Assembly (NCBI GenBank): GCA_016191875.1
Contig: JACPVG010000016.1
Location: forward strand, 42,444 to 106,443
Direction of reading: 5' to 3'
Source of the DNA: Chloroflexota bacterium
GTDB lineage: Bacteria > Chloroflexota > Anaerolineae > Anaerolineales > UBA11579
Length of the DNA stretch: 64,000 bases
In this document: positions 45,074 through 55,203 of the stretch, piece by piece
How the letters are laid out: every line of letters begins with the position of its first letter
Numbering within the stretch: position 1 is the first letter of the stretch
The notes under the pieces: generated by a model
What the model was told of the DNA's origin: nothing
The model's database searches: none
Seen by the model: the letters and a program-made list of their open reading frames with translations, nothing else
Translations under genes and position numbers: made by a program

Positions 45074-45723
45074 GAAGCATTCTCCATATGAGTGATGTGG
45101 TTTACCGGGATGCGCGGCGCGCTATAGGCGCAATAGGCATCCCCATTAAGTACACAGTGGGTCTTCTCAATGTCCGTGGCGAGGACAGTCGCGATCAGCG
45201 TTTGATCGACAAGGCAAACCTCGGGATGTTCCTGCCCGACATGTATGTATGGGCAGGAAGTTTCGCGGATCTCAAAGTTGCCGGCGGATTCGGTGATTTC
45301 AATGGTGAATCCCTGGGCAGAGAGGCCGTGGCGAACCAACTCCAAGCGCTCGGTCAGGCTGGCGGCCGAGTTACCGGAATCATCCATCAGCTCCTTCGCC
45401 AGCGAGGAGGCGATTTCCCTGAACAAGCGGTTCACAACTTCAGCGGGGAAGGATTCCTTAAGCGTTTCCACCAGCCGCATGGAGAGACTGAGATAGCGAG
45501 TGGGAAACCTCTCCATGCCCTCATCGGTCAGAAAGTACATGCGGCGCGGACGGCCCACGCCGTGGCGTTCGCTTTCCGAGGCAATCAGGTTCTCGGCTTC
45601 CAGCCGGGAGATATGATGGCGGACCGCGATGGGGCTTATGCCTACAGCCTCGGCCAGGTCATAAATACTGCATCTCTGGCGGCCCAGCAATTCGCGCAGA
45701 ATGATTTCGCGGGTGTTTGACAT
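45070..45723 (-). CDS. sufR: SufR-like winged-helix transcriptional regulator with a C-terminal Cys cluster
   Basis: N-terminal HTH (IYDLAEAVGISPIAVRHHISRLEAENLI). C-terminal C-x12-C-x19-C-x7-C. Divergent from sufC. Confidence 0.8.
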   Translation of the reverse strand: MSNTREIILRELLGRQRCSIYDLAEAVGISPIAVRHHISRLEAENLIASESERHGVGRPRRMYFLTDEGMERFPTRYLSLSMRLVETLKESFPAEVVNRLFREIASSLAKELMDDSGNSAASLTERLELVRHGLSAQGFTIEITESAGNFEIRETSCPYIHVGQEHPEVCLVDQTLIATVLATDIEKTHCVLNGDAYCAYSAPRIPVNHITHMENAS

Positions 45724-45752
45724 GTGATTGATGCAATAAACTTGTTACAGCG

Positions 45753-45781
45753 AGTATATCATCCCGGTCGATCCCTGTCAA
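45753..45781 (-). promoter_or_regulatory. sufR promoter TTGACA-N17-TATACT (minus strand)
   Basis: The reverse complement of 45753-45781 reads TTGACAGGGATCGACCGGGATGATATACT. Confidence 0.55.
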
Positions 45782-45810
45782 TATTTATAATTTTTGCCTG
45801 AAATATTGAC
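45777..45810. promoter_or_regulatory. Inverted repeat GTCAATATTT-N14-AAATATTGAC overlapping both -35 boxes (SufR operator candidate)
   Basis: Perfect 10-bp arms at 45777-45786 and 45801-45810. Confidence 0.5.
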
Positions 45811-45834
45811 GGAATCAGGACTGACTGCTATAAT
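45806..45834 (+). promoter_or_regulatory. sufC promoter P1 TTGACG-N17-TATAAT
   Basis: TTGACG at 45806-45811 and TATAAT at 45829-45834. Confidence 0.6.
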
Positions 45835-45854
45835 ATCCACGTTTCGGACGATTT

Positions 45855-45863
45855 TGGTATAAT
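45855..45863 (+). promoter_or_regulatory. sufC promoter P2 candidate, extended -10 TGGTATAAT
   Basis: TGGTATAAT at 45855-45863, 51 nt upstream of the sufC ATG. Confidence 0.4.
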
Positions 45864-45914
45864 CAACCGGTTTGAAACCTGGCTACTACCAAACTAAACG
45901 GGAGCATCCTGTTC

Positions 45915-46711
45915 ATGGCTCAGCTTGAAATCAAGAATCTGCACGTTTGCATCGGCGAAAATGAGATCATCAAAGGCCTGGACCTCGTGGTCGGGCAGGG
46001 TGAGATCCACGCGTTGATGGGGCCAAATGGCAGCGGTAAATCCACACTGGCTTACGCGCTGATGGGACACCCATCCTATCAAGTAACTGCAGGCGATATC
46101 CTTTTCGATGGTGAAAGCCTGTTGGAGATGGCACCCGACGAACGCTCCCACCTGGGCATGTTCCTGGCTTTTCAATATCCGGTGGCCATCCCCGGCGTGA
46201 CGGTGGCTAATTTCTTAAGGACGGCCATTAATGGCCACCGCCAGGCAAAGAATCCGGATGACAAAGGAATGCCCATCCCTGAATTCCGGAAGGTATTAAA
46301 AGAGAAGATGGACCTCCTGCAAATGGACCATGGCTTTGCCGGTCGGTACCTCAATGATGGTTTCTCGGGCGGCGAAAAGAAACGCGCGGAGATCCTGCAG
46401 ATGGCGACGCTGGAGCCGCGCATCGCGATCCTGGACGAGACCGACTCCGGCCTGGATATTGACGCTTTACGTACCGTGGCTGAAGGCGTGAACGCATTGC
46501 AGGGACCGGACCTGGGTGTTCTAGTCATCACCCACTATCAGCGGTTGTTGAACTACATCAAGCCGGATTACGTTCATGTAATGTTTTCCGGGATGATCGT
46601 GGAATCGGGTGGCCCGGAATTGGCGCTGCAATTGGAAGAACAAGGATACGACTGGATTCGAGAAAAACATGGCGAAGCCAACGCGGTATCGGCGGCGACA
46701 GGAGACAGCTG

Positions 46712-46712
<1 letters not shown>
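45915..46712 (+). CDS. sufC: Fe-S cluster assembly ATPase SufC
   Basis: [21 protein letters not shown]...[10 protein letters not shown]...FSGGEKKR...[11 protein letters not shown]. Confidence 0.96.
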
Positions 46713-48118
<1,406 letters not shown>

Positions 48119-48132
48119 GGTCACGGACTGAA

Positions 48133-49497
48133 ATGACGACAGAGAAACAAGCGCCCAGGCGGCGCGTCATCACACGCCATGGTTCTTCGCCTGCTGCACC
48201 AGCCACGGAGTTCAGTTTCCGACGGGAGATGATTCCGGGTATTGAAAAAGGACAAGGCGAACCTGAATTCGTGCGGGCCTACCGGGCCCGCGCCTGGGAT
48301 GCTTTCGCTCGAATGAAGCTGCCAGCCACAACGGAAGAGGCCTGGCGCAGGACAGATATCCGCAAGCTGGATGCGGGAAGGTTCGCGCCCGCCGCTCCGG
48401 ATGAAGCACACCCAGACCCGCCGATCTGGCTGCTCGAACCGCTGGCTGGCGACAAACACGGCGGCCAGATTACGATAACCCCTAATGGCGTGGAAGCTTT
48501 CCTGGATAACGAACTGGCTGAGAAGGGAGTGGTCTTCACCGACCTCAAGACCGCCATTCGCAAGCATCCCGAAACTCTTGAAAAAGTTCTCGGCCAGTTG
48601 GTGAATGCTGAGGAAGATAAACTCTCAGCATTGGCGGGCGCATTTGCTGAGCAGGGTGTACTTCTGTATGTGCCCAAAGGCGTGGTGGTGGAGACTCCGC
48701 TCCACAGCGTGCTCTGGGGGCCGGGGGTCGGGAATGCTTATTTTTCCCACCTTCTGGTATGGATGGAAGAGGGTTCGTCGGCGACCTACGTTCACGAATA
48801 TGCCTCCCCGACCGAAAACGGGCAGGTGCTCCATTCCGGAATCGTCGAAGTGCATGTTGGCGAAGCGGCTAACCTGCGGTTTGTTGAATTGCAGTCCTGG
48901 GGCGAAAACGTGTGGAACTTCACGCACGAACGCGCCAGGGTGGATCGCGCCGGTGAGTTGGACTGGATCTTTGGCGCAGTCGGTTCTCACCTGACCAAGA
49001 ATTTTTCAGAGATCGACCTTGTGGGAGAGGGCGCGACAGGCAGAATGTCCGGGTTTTATTTCACCGATGGGGTGCAACACTTTGATCATGACACACAACA
49101 GAATCACAATGCGCCGCATACGACCAGCGACCTGTTGTTCAAGGGCGCACTTGAAGACCAAAGCCGCTCAGTGTGGCAGGGGATGATCTATGTGGCCCCA
49201 GGGGCGCAGAAAACTGACGGCTACCAGGCCAATCGAAACCTGGTCTTGAGCAGGGAAGCCAGGGCGGATTCCATCCCTGGGCTGGAGATCCTTGCCGACG
49301 ACGTGCGCTGCACACACGGCGCAACGGTTGGTAAGGTAGACCCCGAGGAAGTGTTCTACTTGCGCAGCCGGGGAATCCCGGAGGGCGAGGCGGAGCGCCT
49401 GATCGTAGAAGGTTTCTTTGACCCGATCATGCAGCGCATTCCATTTGACAAAGTGCGCCAACGACTCGAGCAGGGAATTGTTGACAAGTTGAGCTGA
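48133..49497 (+). CDS. sufD: Fe-S cluster assembly protein SufD
   Basis: SufB/D beta-helix pattern ...NLRFVELQSWG...HTTSDLLFKGAL...EEVFYLRSRGI. Confidence 0.9.
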   Translation: MTTEKQAPRRRVITRHGSSPAAPATEFSFRREMIPGIEKGQGEPEFVRAYRARAWDAFARMKLPATTEEAWRRTDIRKLDAGRFAPAAPDEAHPDPPIWLLEPLAGDKHGGQITITPNGVEAFLDNELAEKGVVFTDLKTAIRKHPETLEKVLGQLVNAEEDKLSALAGAFAEQGVLLYVPKGVVVETPLHSVLWGPGVGNAYFSHLLVWMEEGSSATYVHEYASPTENGQVLHSGIVEVHVGEAANLRFVELQSWGENVWNFTHERARVDRAGELDWIFGAVGSHLTKNFSEIDLVGEGATGRMSGFYFTDGVQHFDHDTQQNHNAPHTTSDLLFKGALEDQSRSVWQGMIYVAPGAQKTDGYQANRNLVLSREARADSIPGLEILADDVRCTHGATVGKVDPEEVFYLRSRGIPEGEAERLIVEGFFDPIMQRIPFDKVRQRLEQGIVDKLS

Positions 49498-49548
49498 ACG
49501 TCGGAGAATTGTAGTTGCCTCTCCGATGAGATATCGATAGGAGCATCC

Positions 49549-49836
49549 ATGGCAGATTTGCATTTTTCATCCGCGCCGGAGCGCGCGACTGAATTCAGGG
49601 TCGGTGACCTGGTTGAAGTGAATTGTGACCACGAAGGGGTAAAGGGCGAACGGGTGCGCGGCTGGCTTCAGGGCGTGGTAGTGCAGGTGGACCCAAAGAT
49701 CGTGGCAGTGCAGTTTGAAGAGAATGTCTATCTGACAGATGGCTGGATGGTCCCGGACCACGTGCTGTGGTGCCCACACGATTCGGCCAACATCCGTATG
49801 GCGCGCAAGCGCAAGCGCCGACCGCGCCTCAAGTAA
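49549..49836 (+). CDS. Small hypothetical protein (95 aa), Tudor/SH3-like core plus a highly basic tail, embedded in the suf operon
   Basis: AGGAG lies 6 nt before the ATG. FRVGDLVEVNCDHEGVKGERVRGWLQGVVVQVDPKIVAVQFE... ends ARKRKRRPRLK. Fills the 346-nt sufD-sufS gap. Confidence 0.6.
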   Translation: MADLHFSSAPERATEFRVGDLVEVNCDHEGVKGERVRGWLQGVVVQVDPKIVAVQFEENVYLTDGWMVPDHVLWCPHDSANIRMARKRKRRPRLK

Positions 49837-49843
49837 ATACTGA

Positions 49844-51112
49844 GTGCGAGTGCAAACCTTGAACATTGAGGCCCTGAAGAGGGATTTCCCAATCCTGGCG
49901 CGGGAGGTCCATGAGGGTATTCCACTGGTGTATCTGGATTCTGCGGCCACCAGCCAGAAGCCCGCCGGAGTGCTGGACGCGATGGATACGTATTACCGGC
50001 GATACAACGCCAACATTCATCGCGGGGTGCACAAACTGGCTGAGGAAGCGACCGGCGCCTATGAAAGCGCGCGCGAGCGGATCTCCAGGTTTGTGAACGC
50101 CAACCAGGCGCGGGAGATCATCTTCACCCGCAACGCGACCGAAGCGATTAATCTTGTGGCCTATTCCTGGGGGCGAAAGAATCTGACCAAGGGCGACCTG
50201 GTGATTCTCACTGAAATGGAGCACCATTCCAACCTGGTGCCGTGGTACATCCTCGCCGAAGAACGAGGAATCGAGCTGGCGTACGTCCCGGTGACCCCGG
50301 AAGGCCTGCTTGATCTGGATACATACAGGATGCTCCTCGAACGGAAACCGAAACTGGCAGCGTTCACACATATGTCGAACGTGTTGGGGACGATCAACCC
50401 GGTCAGGGAAATGATTGCAGCGGCGCATGCGGCCGGCGCGCTGGCGCTGATCGATGGCGCTCAGGCTGTACCACATTTGCCGGTGGACATCCAAGAACTT
50501 GATGCTGACTTCTACGCGTTCTCAAGCCATAAGATGTGCGGGCCGACCGGTCTGGGCATCTTGTATGGCAAGGAACGACTCCTTGAAGCTATGCCGCCAT
50601 TCATGGGCGGCGGCGACATGATCAAGCGCGTGGAGCTTGGGCGCTTCACGGTAAACGATCTTCCCCACAAGTTCGAAGCCGGGACACCCGCCATTGCTGA
50701 GGTCATCGGCCTGGGAGCAGCGGTAGAGTACCTTGCCGAAATCGGCATGGAGGCCATTCATGCCCACGAGCGGCAACTTATCCAATACGCGCTTGAGCGG
50801 CTGGAAGAAGTTCCCGGTGTGTGGGTGTTTGGGCCGGAGGCCAGCCAAAAGGGCGGTGTGGCGGCTTTCACGTTTGACGGTGTCCATCCACATGACGTTG
50901 CCGAAATCCTTGACGGGAACGGAATCGCTGTACGTGCCGGACATCACTGCGCCATGCCGCTGCACCAGAAGTTCAATATCACCGCGACAGCCAGGGCCAG
51001 CTTCTACCTCTACAACGACCACCGCGACGTGGATGTGCTGATTGAGGGTTTATACAAAGTCAGGAAGGTTTTTGGAAAAAACGACAAACCCCAGGGGCAG
51101 GCCCATGGATGA
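49844..51112 (+). CDS. sufS: Cysteine desulfurase SufS
   Basis: LKRDFPIL...LVYLDSAATSQKP...FSSHKMCGPTG (PLP Lys)...RAGHHCAMPL (catalytic Cys). GTG start is uncertain by a few codons. Confidence 0.95.
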   Translation: MRVQTLNIEALKRDFPILAREVHEGIPLVYLDSAATSQKPAGVLDAMDTYYRRYNANIHRGVHKLAEEATGAYESARERISRFVNANQAREIIFTRNATEAINLVAYSWGRKNLTKGDLVILTEMEHHSNLVPWYILAEERGIELAYVPVTPEGLLDLDTYRMLLERKPKLAAFTHMSNVLGTINPVREMIAAAHAAGALALIDGAQAVPHLPVDIQELDADFYAFSSHKMCGPTGLGILYGKERLLEAMPPFMGGGDMIKRVELGRFTVNDLPHKFEAGTPAIAEVIGLGAAVEYLAEIGMEAIHAHERQLIQYALERLEEVPGVWVFGPEASQKGGVAAFTFDGVHPHDVAEILDGNGIAVRAGHHCAMPLHQKFNITATARASFYLYNDHRDVDVLIEGLYKVRKVFGKNDKPQGQAHG

Positions 51113-51503
51113 TCTGGCGCGCGAACTTATCATCGACCGTTACCAAAACCCTCAGCATAAAGGCAGGCTGGACCCGCACGATCTAGGGTATGAGGATGAT
51201 AACCCACTATGCGGCGACCATATTCGTATCGAATTACGGGTGGATGAGAACGATGTTGTAACCGAAGCCGTTTTCGATGGGCATGGATGTTCAATCTCCC
51301 AGGCCTCCGCCGACCTGCTCGTGGAAAAAATCATCGGCAAACCCCTGGCTGAAGTGCGGGCGATCACGAAAGACGACGTCTTGGAGAGCCTTGGAATCGA
51401 ACTTGGGCCAGTGCGCTTGAAGTGCGCCTTGCTTTCGTTGAAGGTGCTGAAGGGCGGCGTCTACGGCCTTGAAGCCGGACAGGCGAGCGACGAACTCCTG
51501 TGA
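51105..51503 (+). CDS. sufU: Fe-S cluster scaffold / sulfur acceptor SufU (NifU-N/IscU-like)
   Basis: IIDRYQNPQHKGRL...NPLCGDHI...GHGCSISQASADL...LKCALLSLKVL. Start trimmed to the ATG at 51105. Confidence 0.9.
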   Translation: MDDLARELIIDRYQNPQHKGRLDPHDLGYEDDNPLCGDHIRIELRVDENDVVTEAVFDGHGCSISQASADLLVEKIIGKPLAEVRAITKDDVLESLGIELGPVRLKCALLSLKVLKGGVYGLEAGQASDELL

Positions 51504-51522
51504 TTGGCAGGCGGAGAAGCGA

Positions 51523-51876
51523 GTGGCCTTCAATTACGCAGATCTGGATGCAGGCGAAATCGAATTCATCGCTGTGGGCGGCGTTGAAGAGATCCCGAAT
51601 GGTGGGCGGATCTTTTTGTCCATTGATGAACACAATATCGTTGTGTTCAACATTGCCGGGAAACTGTTTGCCATCGCCGACCTGTGTTCGCACGATGATG
51701 GTCCGCTGGGGGAAGGCGAACTTGAAGATGAATACGAGATTTCCTGCCCACGGCATGGCGCCCACTTTGATGTGCGCACCGGCAAAGCGGTGAAGCTGCC
51801 GGCCGTGGTGGACATCCCGGCTTACCCGGTGCGAGTCATTGGCACAACCGTAGAAATCGGCCTTCCAGCCAAGTAG
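51523..51876 (+). CDS. Rieske [2Fe-2S] domain ferredoxin-like protein
   Basis: CSHDDGPL...CPRHGAHFDVRTG: Rieske CxH...CxxH. GTG at 51523 lies 6 nt after GGAG; the track starts at 51469, inside sufU. Confidence 0.8.
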   Translation: MAFNYADLDAGEIEFIAVGGVEEIPNGGRIFLSIDEHNIVVFNIAGKLFAIADLCSHDDGPLGEGELEDEYEISCPRHGAHFDVRTGKAVKLPAVVDIPAYPVRVIGTTVEIGLPAK

Positions 51877-51884
51877 CGCGGCGG

Positions 51885-54800
51885 CTATGGCCGAGGTTTC
51901 CCTGGCGTCAGGAGATCATTGGCGAAACGAATCCGCTGGGAGAGACCCCGCAGGAGAGTCAGCGCCACCTCCGGCCGGTCCCGCAGAATTGCCTTGAACT
52001 CCTCACCGTCTAGGACGAGCATTCTGACGGGGCTGGCGGCTCGAATCGACGCGCTGCGAGGGGCGGAATCCAGGACAGCCATTTCCCCAAAGAAATCACC
52101 GGTCTTGCCCTGGGAAACGCGCTCCTGTTTTCTACCGGTATTCAGCCAGATTTCCACCTCGCCATCAGCGATGATGTAGAGTTCATCGCCGGAATCCCCC
52201 TGGTGAACCACATATTCTCCCTTCTGGAACAATTTCTCGCTGGCTATTTCGGCCAGGCGCTTGAGATCGTGAATTTCGAGCGTCTGGAATAGCGGAACTT
52301 CGCGGAGCAGGATTATGCGTTCCACCGAAGAGAGGGTCTGAAGAGTTTTCCTTGCCATGGGCTTGCCTTTCTTTAGGCGGCGTAGAGCGGCCCGGGAGGC
52401 TTCGCGCAGGAGCGGGTCCTGTTTCCGCGAGAATTGGGCGATTTCGGCGGTGAGCACATCCAACTCAAGCTCTGAGGCCACGGCCATCGCCAGCGCCTGT
52501 GTCCAGCGGTCGCCGGATGCCAGGAGCTGGCGCAGGGCTGCCGCTGGGTGAAGGTGGGTTTCGTCTTCGAAGTAACCTTCTGCCAGAGCCGATTCTTCCA
52601 GAGCCGGCAAAATCACATGTTTCGCAGTATCGGTATCCCCCAGCGTGTCGAGGGTTTCGAGAACCGCGGCGCGTTGTTCCGGGTTGCCGGAGTTCAGCCC
52701 CCGTATTACAAATTCCCATTCCGAGGAGTCTTCGGGCTCCAGCGCCTGGAGGGCGCGGATCAGGCGAACTTCGCAATTGACAATCTCGTCGCGCATGAAA
52801 TCGTCCAGCAGGCTGGCGGCACGTCCATCCACGGCTAACGAGCCAGCTCGCTGGCGCCACGCGCGTAGCCGTTCGATCTCCTTCAGGGCATAGACGCGCA
52901 AGTGAGGCTCGAGGCGCTCCTTGTTGGGCACCAGCCCCAACAATGCGCTTTGCAGGATTTCAGCCTTGCTATCGGTCTGGAGCAGAGACAAGAGTGCGGG
53001 TTCCGAGTGCTCTCCGAAGGCGCGCAATGCCAGGGCGGCGGCTTTCCTCACCGCAGCAACGGGGTCATCCAGCAGGCGTATCAGCTCTTGCAGAAGGCGC
53101 GGGTGGCGAACTGCGGCCGCGGCTTCACACGCCGACCGCCGGACGGCAGGAGTCGAATCGTGCAGGAATCTTGTAAGGTCATGGGCTGTAATCAACGTGC
53201 CAGGATCAGCACCCTGCGGACGAAGGATTTCGACCAGATCGGGGAGTGCGGAAAGCCCGAGCGCGCGTTCGAATGGATCCTTCCGTTGCAGGATCTCTCT
53301 GAGAGCCGCGCGGCAACGGCGGGTCTCTCCCTGAACTGCGAGAAGTTTGAGAGCGCCCAGGCGGATCTCGAGGTCGTCTGCACCCAGGAGTCGATTCAAT
53401 TGTGATGCCATCTGTTTGGGAAGGCGAGTACGGCTATCCGCCAAGGTCTGCAATGCGATGGCCTGAACCTCGGGCGCAGGGTCATGGAGAGTCTCCAACG
53501 ACCAGCGAGCGGCGTTGCCATATTGAAGCAGGTGCAAGGTTCGAAGTGCCGAAGCGCGTACTCCGGAGTCCGGGTCGGCCATACAGATGACCAGGCGGGG
53601 AATCGCCGAGTCCTCGCCGACTTCCCCGAGCATTTCGGCGGCCAGCCGCCGGGCGATCGGGTTCGGATCGGCCAGGGAATTGACCAGGAAGCGGAATGTG
53701 GCTGGGTCTGCCGGGAGTCTGTGTTGGGCGTTTGAGTGGATTCCGGTATCGAATACCTCGATCTGTCCGGCGCGCAGGGCATCCAACAGGGCGGCGCGGT
53801 AGCCATTCCGCATCCAGAACGTGACAAGACCGCAAGCCAGCGAGATGGCGATGCCAAGGAATAGCAACGTCGGGCGCGGCACAAGCCGGTTTCCGAGCAG
53901 GAGCAGGCCAGAAAGGACGATGCCCACCTGGCCGATAACGCCGAACGTGAAGCTCAAAGCATGGCTGCGTTTCTCGGCGGGGACGATGTTGAAGAAAATG
54001 TAGTTCGATGACTGAACGACCCCGCCGAGGGTGACCAGTTGGAGCAGCCGAGCAAGCGAGACCGTCATGAGGTTGGCGTTGATGATCAGCAACGCGAAAC
54101 TGACCAGGTAGGCGGCGACCAGGAGGAAGTTCATGTTGACTATCCCCCAGCGTCGCACCAGCCGCCCGGTAAGAAAAAGAGAAATGACCAGGGTAACACC
54201 CTGAATGATGGCGTTGAATGAGGCAAAATACTCCAGTTTTTCTGCTTCCAGCACAAACGCGTTGTTGACTGTTTCATTGAAGATCAGATCAAGCGTCAAG
54301 AAGAGAATGGAAAACAAGACCAGGGATGTAGCTACCAGGCTCAACAACCTGGACTGGAAGACCGTTTCCGCACCAAGCCGCAAGGTGATAGCCATTGACT
54401 TAGCGTCTGGCAGACCCTGTCGGCGTTCCCGATTGGCCATCAGGAATTGAGCGACAATGACTCCCACCAGAATGAACCCGACCTGCCAGAAAACCAGACG
54501 GGCGATGTGAGCCCGATAAACGCCTGAAAGAAGCCTGACCAGAGCGGCGGCGGCGATGACGCCCAGCAATCCGGCGCTCGCAATCAATGAAAACAGACGC
54601 TTTGCCTGGCGGGTGTCCAACAACTGGCCAGCGATGCCCCAGCCCAGCGTGCCCAGCAGGCCGCCTCCGACGTTCACACTCAGCCAGAGCAGCGGGAAGA
54701 TCAAAGCAACCTGAGTGATGCCGGTTGGAATATTGATTTGCCCGACTTCATGAGGGACAAATGCATATTCGGCCAGCAGGATGCCCGCCAGGGCCAGCGG

Positions 54801-55061
54801 GAAGATGGCAACGCTGATACGTGAACCCAGTTTGGCCAGGCTAAAACTATAGACGAATGAGGCCAGGACGTTCCCAAGCCCCAATCCGATGTACATATAG
54901 GGCAATTTGTCAGGGCCGGCACGGTTGATGAAGAGCGTGGTGGCCGTCTGGCTGCCCAGCTCGCGTCCGGCTTCCCAGAGGAAAAACAGCCCGGCGGCCA
55001 GCCCAATCAGGAGCAGTTCGCCGGGATTTATCTGAAGGATTTTCTGGAGGCGCGTTCGCAT
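51885..55061 (-). CDS. Multidomain protein: 12-TM MFS/TLC-like transporter + HEAT repeats + C-terminal cyclic-nucleotide-binding domain
   Basis: The N-terminal ~430 aa are polytopic. The middle has HEAT-like repeats (DPNPIARRLAAEMLGEVG...DPDSGVRASALRTL...). C-terminal cNMP motif GDFFGEMAVLDSAPRSASIRA. ATG at 55061 (GAGG SD). Confidence 0.85.
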   Translation of the reverse strand: MRTRLQKILQINPGELLLIGLAAGLFFLWEAGRELGSQTATTLFINRAGPDKLPYMYIGLGLGNVLASFVYSFSLAKLGSRISVAIFPLALAGILLAEYAFVPHEVGQINIPTGITQVALIFPLLWLSVNVGGGLLGTLGWGIAGQLLDTRQAKRLFSLIASAGLLGVIAAAALVRLLSGVYRAHIARLVFWQVGFILVGVIVAQFLMANRERRQGLPDAKSMAITLRLGAETVFQSRLLSLVATSLVLFSILFLTLDLIFNETVNNAFVLEAEKLEYFASFNAIIQGVTLVISLFLTGRLVRRWGIVNMNFLLVAAYLVSFALLIINANLMTVSLARLLQLVTLGGVVQSSNYIFFNIVPAEKRSHALSFTFGVIGQVGIVLSGLLLLGNRLVPRPTLLFLGIAISLACGLVTFWMRNGYRAALLDALRAGQIEVFDTGIHSNAQHRLPADPATFRFLVNSLADPNPIARRLAAEMLGEVGEDSAIPRLVICMADPDSGVRASALRTLHLLQYGNAARWSLETLHDPAPEVQAIALQTLADSRTRLPKQMASQLNRLLGADDLEIRLGALKLLAVQGETRRCRAALREILQRKDPFERALGLSALPDLVEILRPQGADPGTLITAHDLTRFLHDSTPAVRRSACEAAAAVRHPRLLQELIRLLDDPVAAVRKAAALALRAFGEHSEPALLSLLQTDSKAEILQSALLGLVPNKERLEPHLRVYALKEIERLRAWRQRAGSLAVDGRAASLLDDFMRDEIVNCEVRLIRALQALEPEDSSEWEFVIRGLNSGNPEQRAAVLETLDTLGDTDTAKHVILPALEESALAEGYFEDETHLHPAAALRQLLASGDRWTQALAMAVASELELDVLTAEIAQFSRKQDPLLREASRAALRRLKKGKPMARKTLQTLSSVERIILLREVPLFQTLEIHDLKRLAEIASEKLFQKGEYVVHQGDSGDELYIIADGEVEIWLNTGRKQERVSQGKTGDFFGEMAVLDSAPRSASIRAASPVRMLVLDGEEFKAILRDRPEVALTLLRGLSQRIRFANDLLTPGKPRP

Positions 55062-55203
55062 GATACCTCGGACAGCCAATTGAGTGATTATACTCTTGGG
55101 TATATGTGAACCAGACCGCCCCGGCTATGTACGACTTCGCGGCACTCCGGACGCTGGCAGGGAACGCGGTAGAATCCGGAGCAACAGCCTATTGGAGCAT
55201 TGA

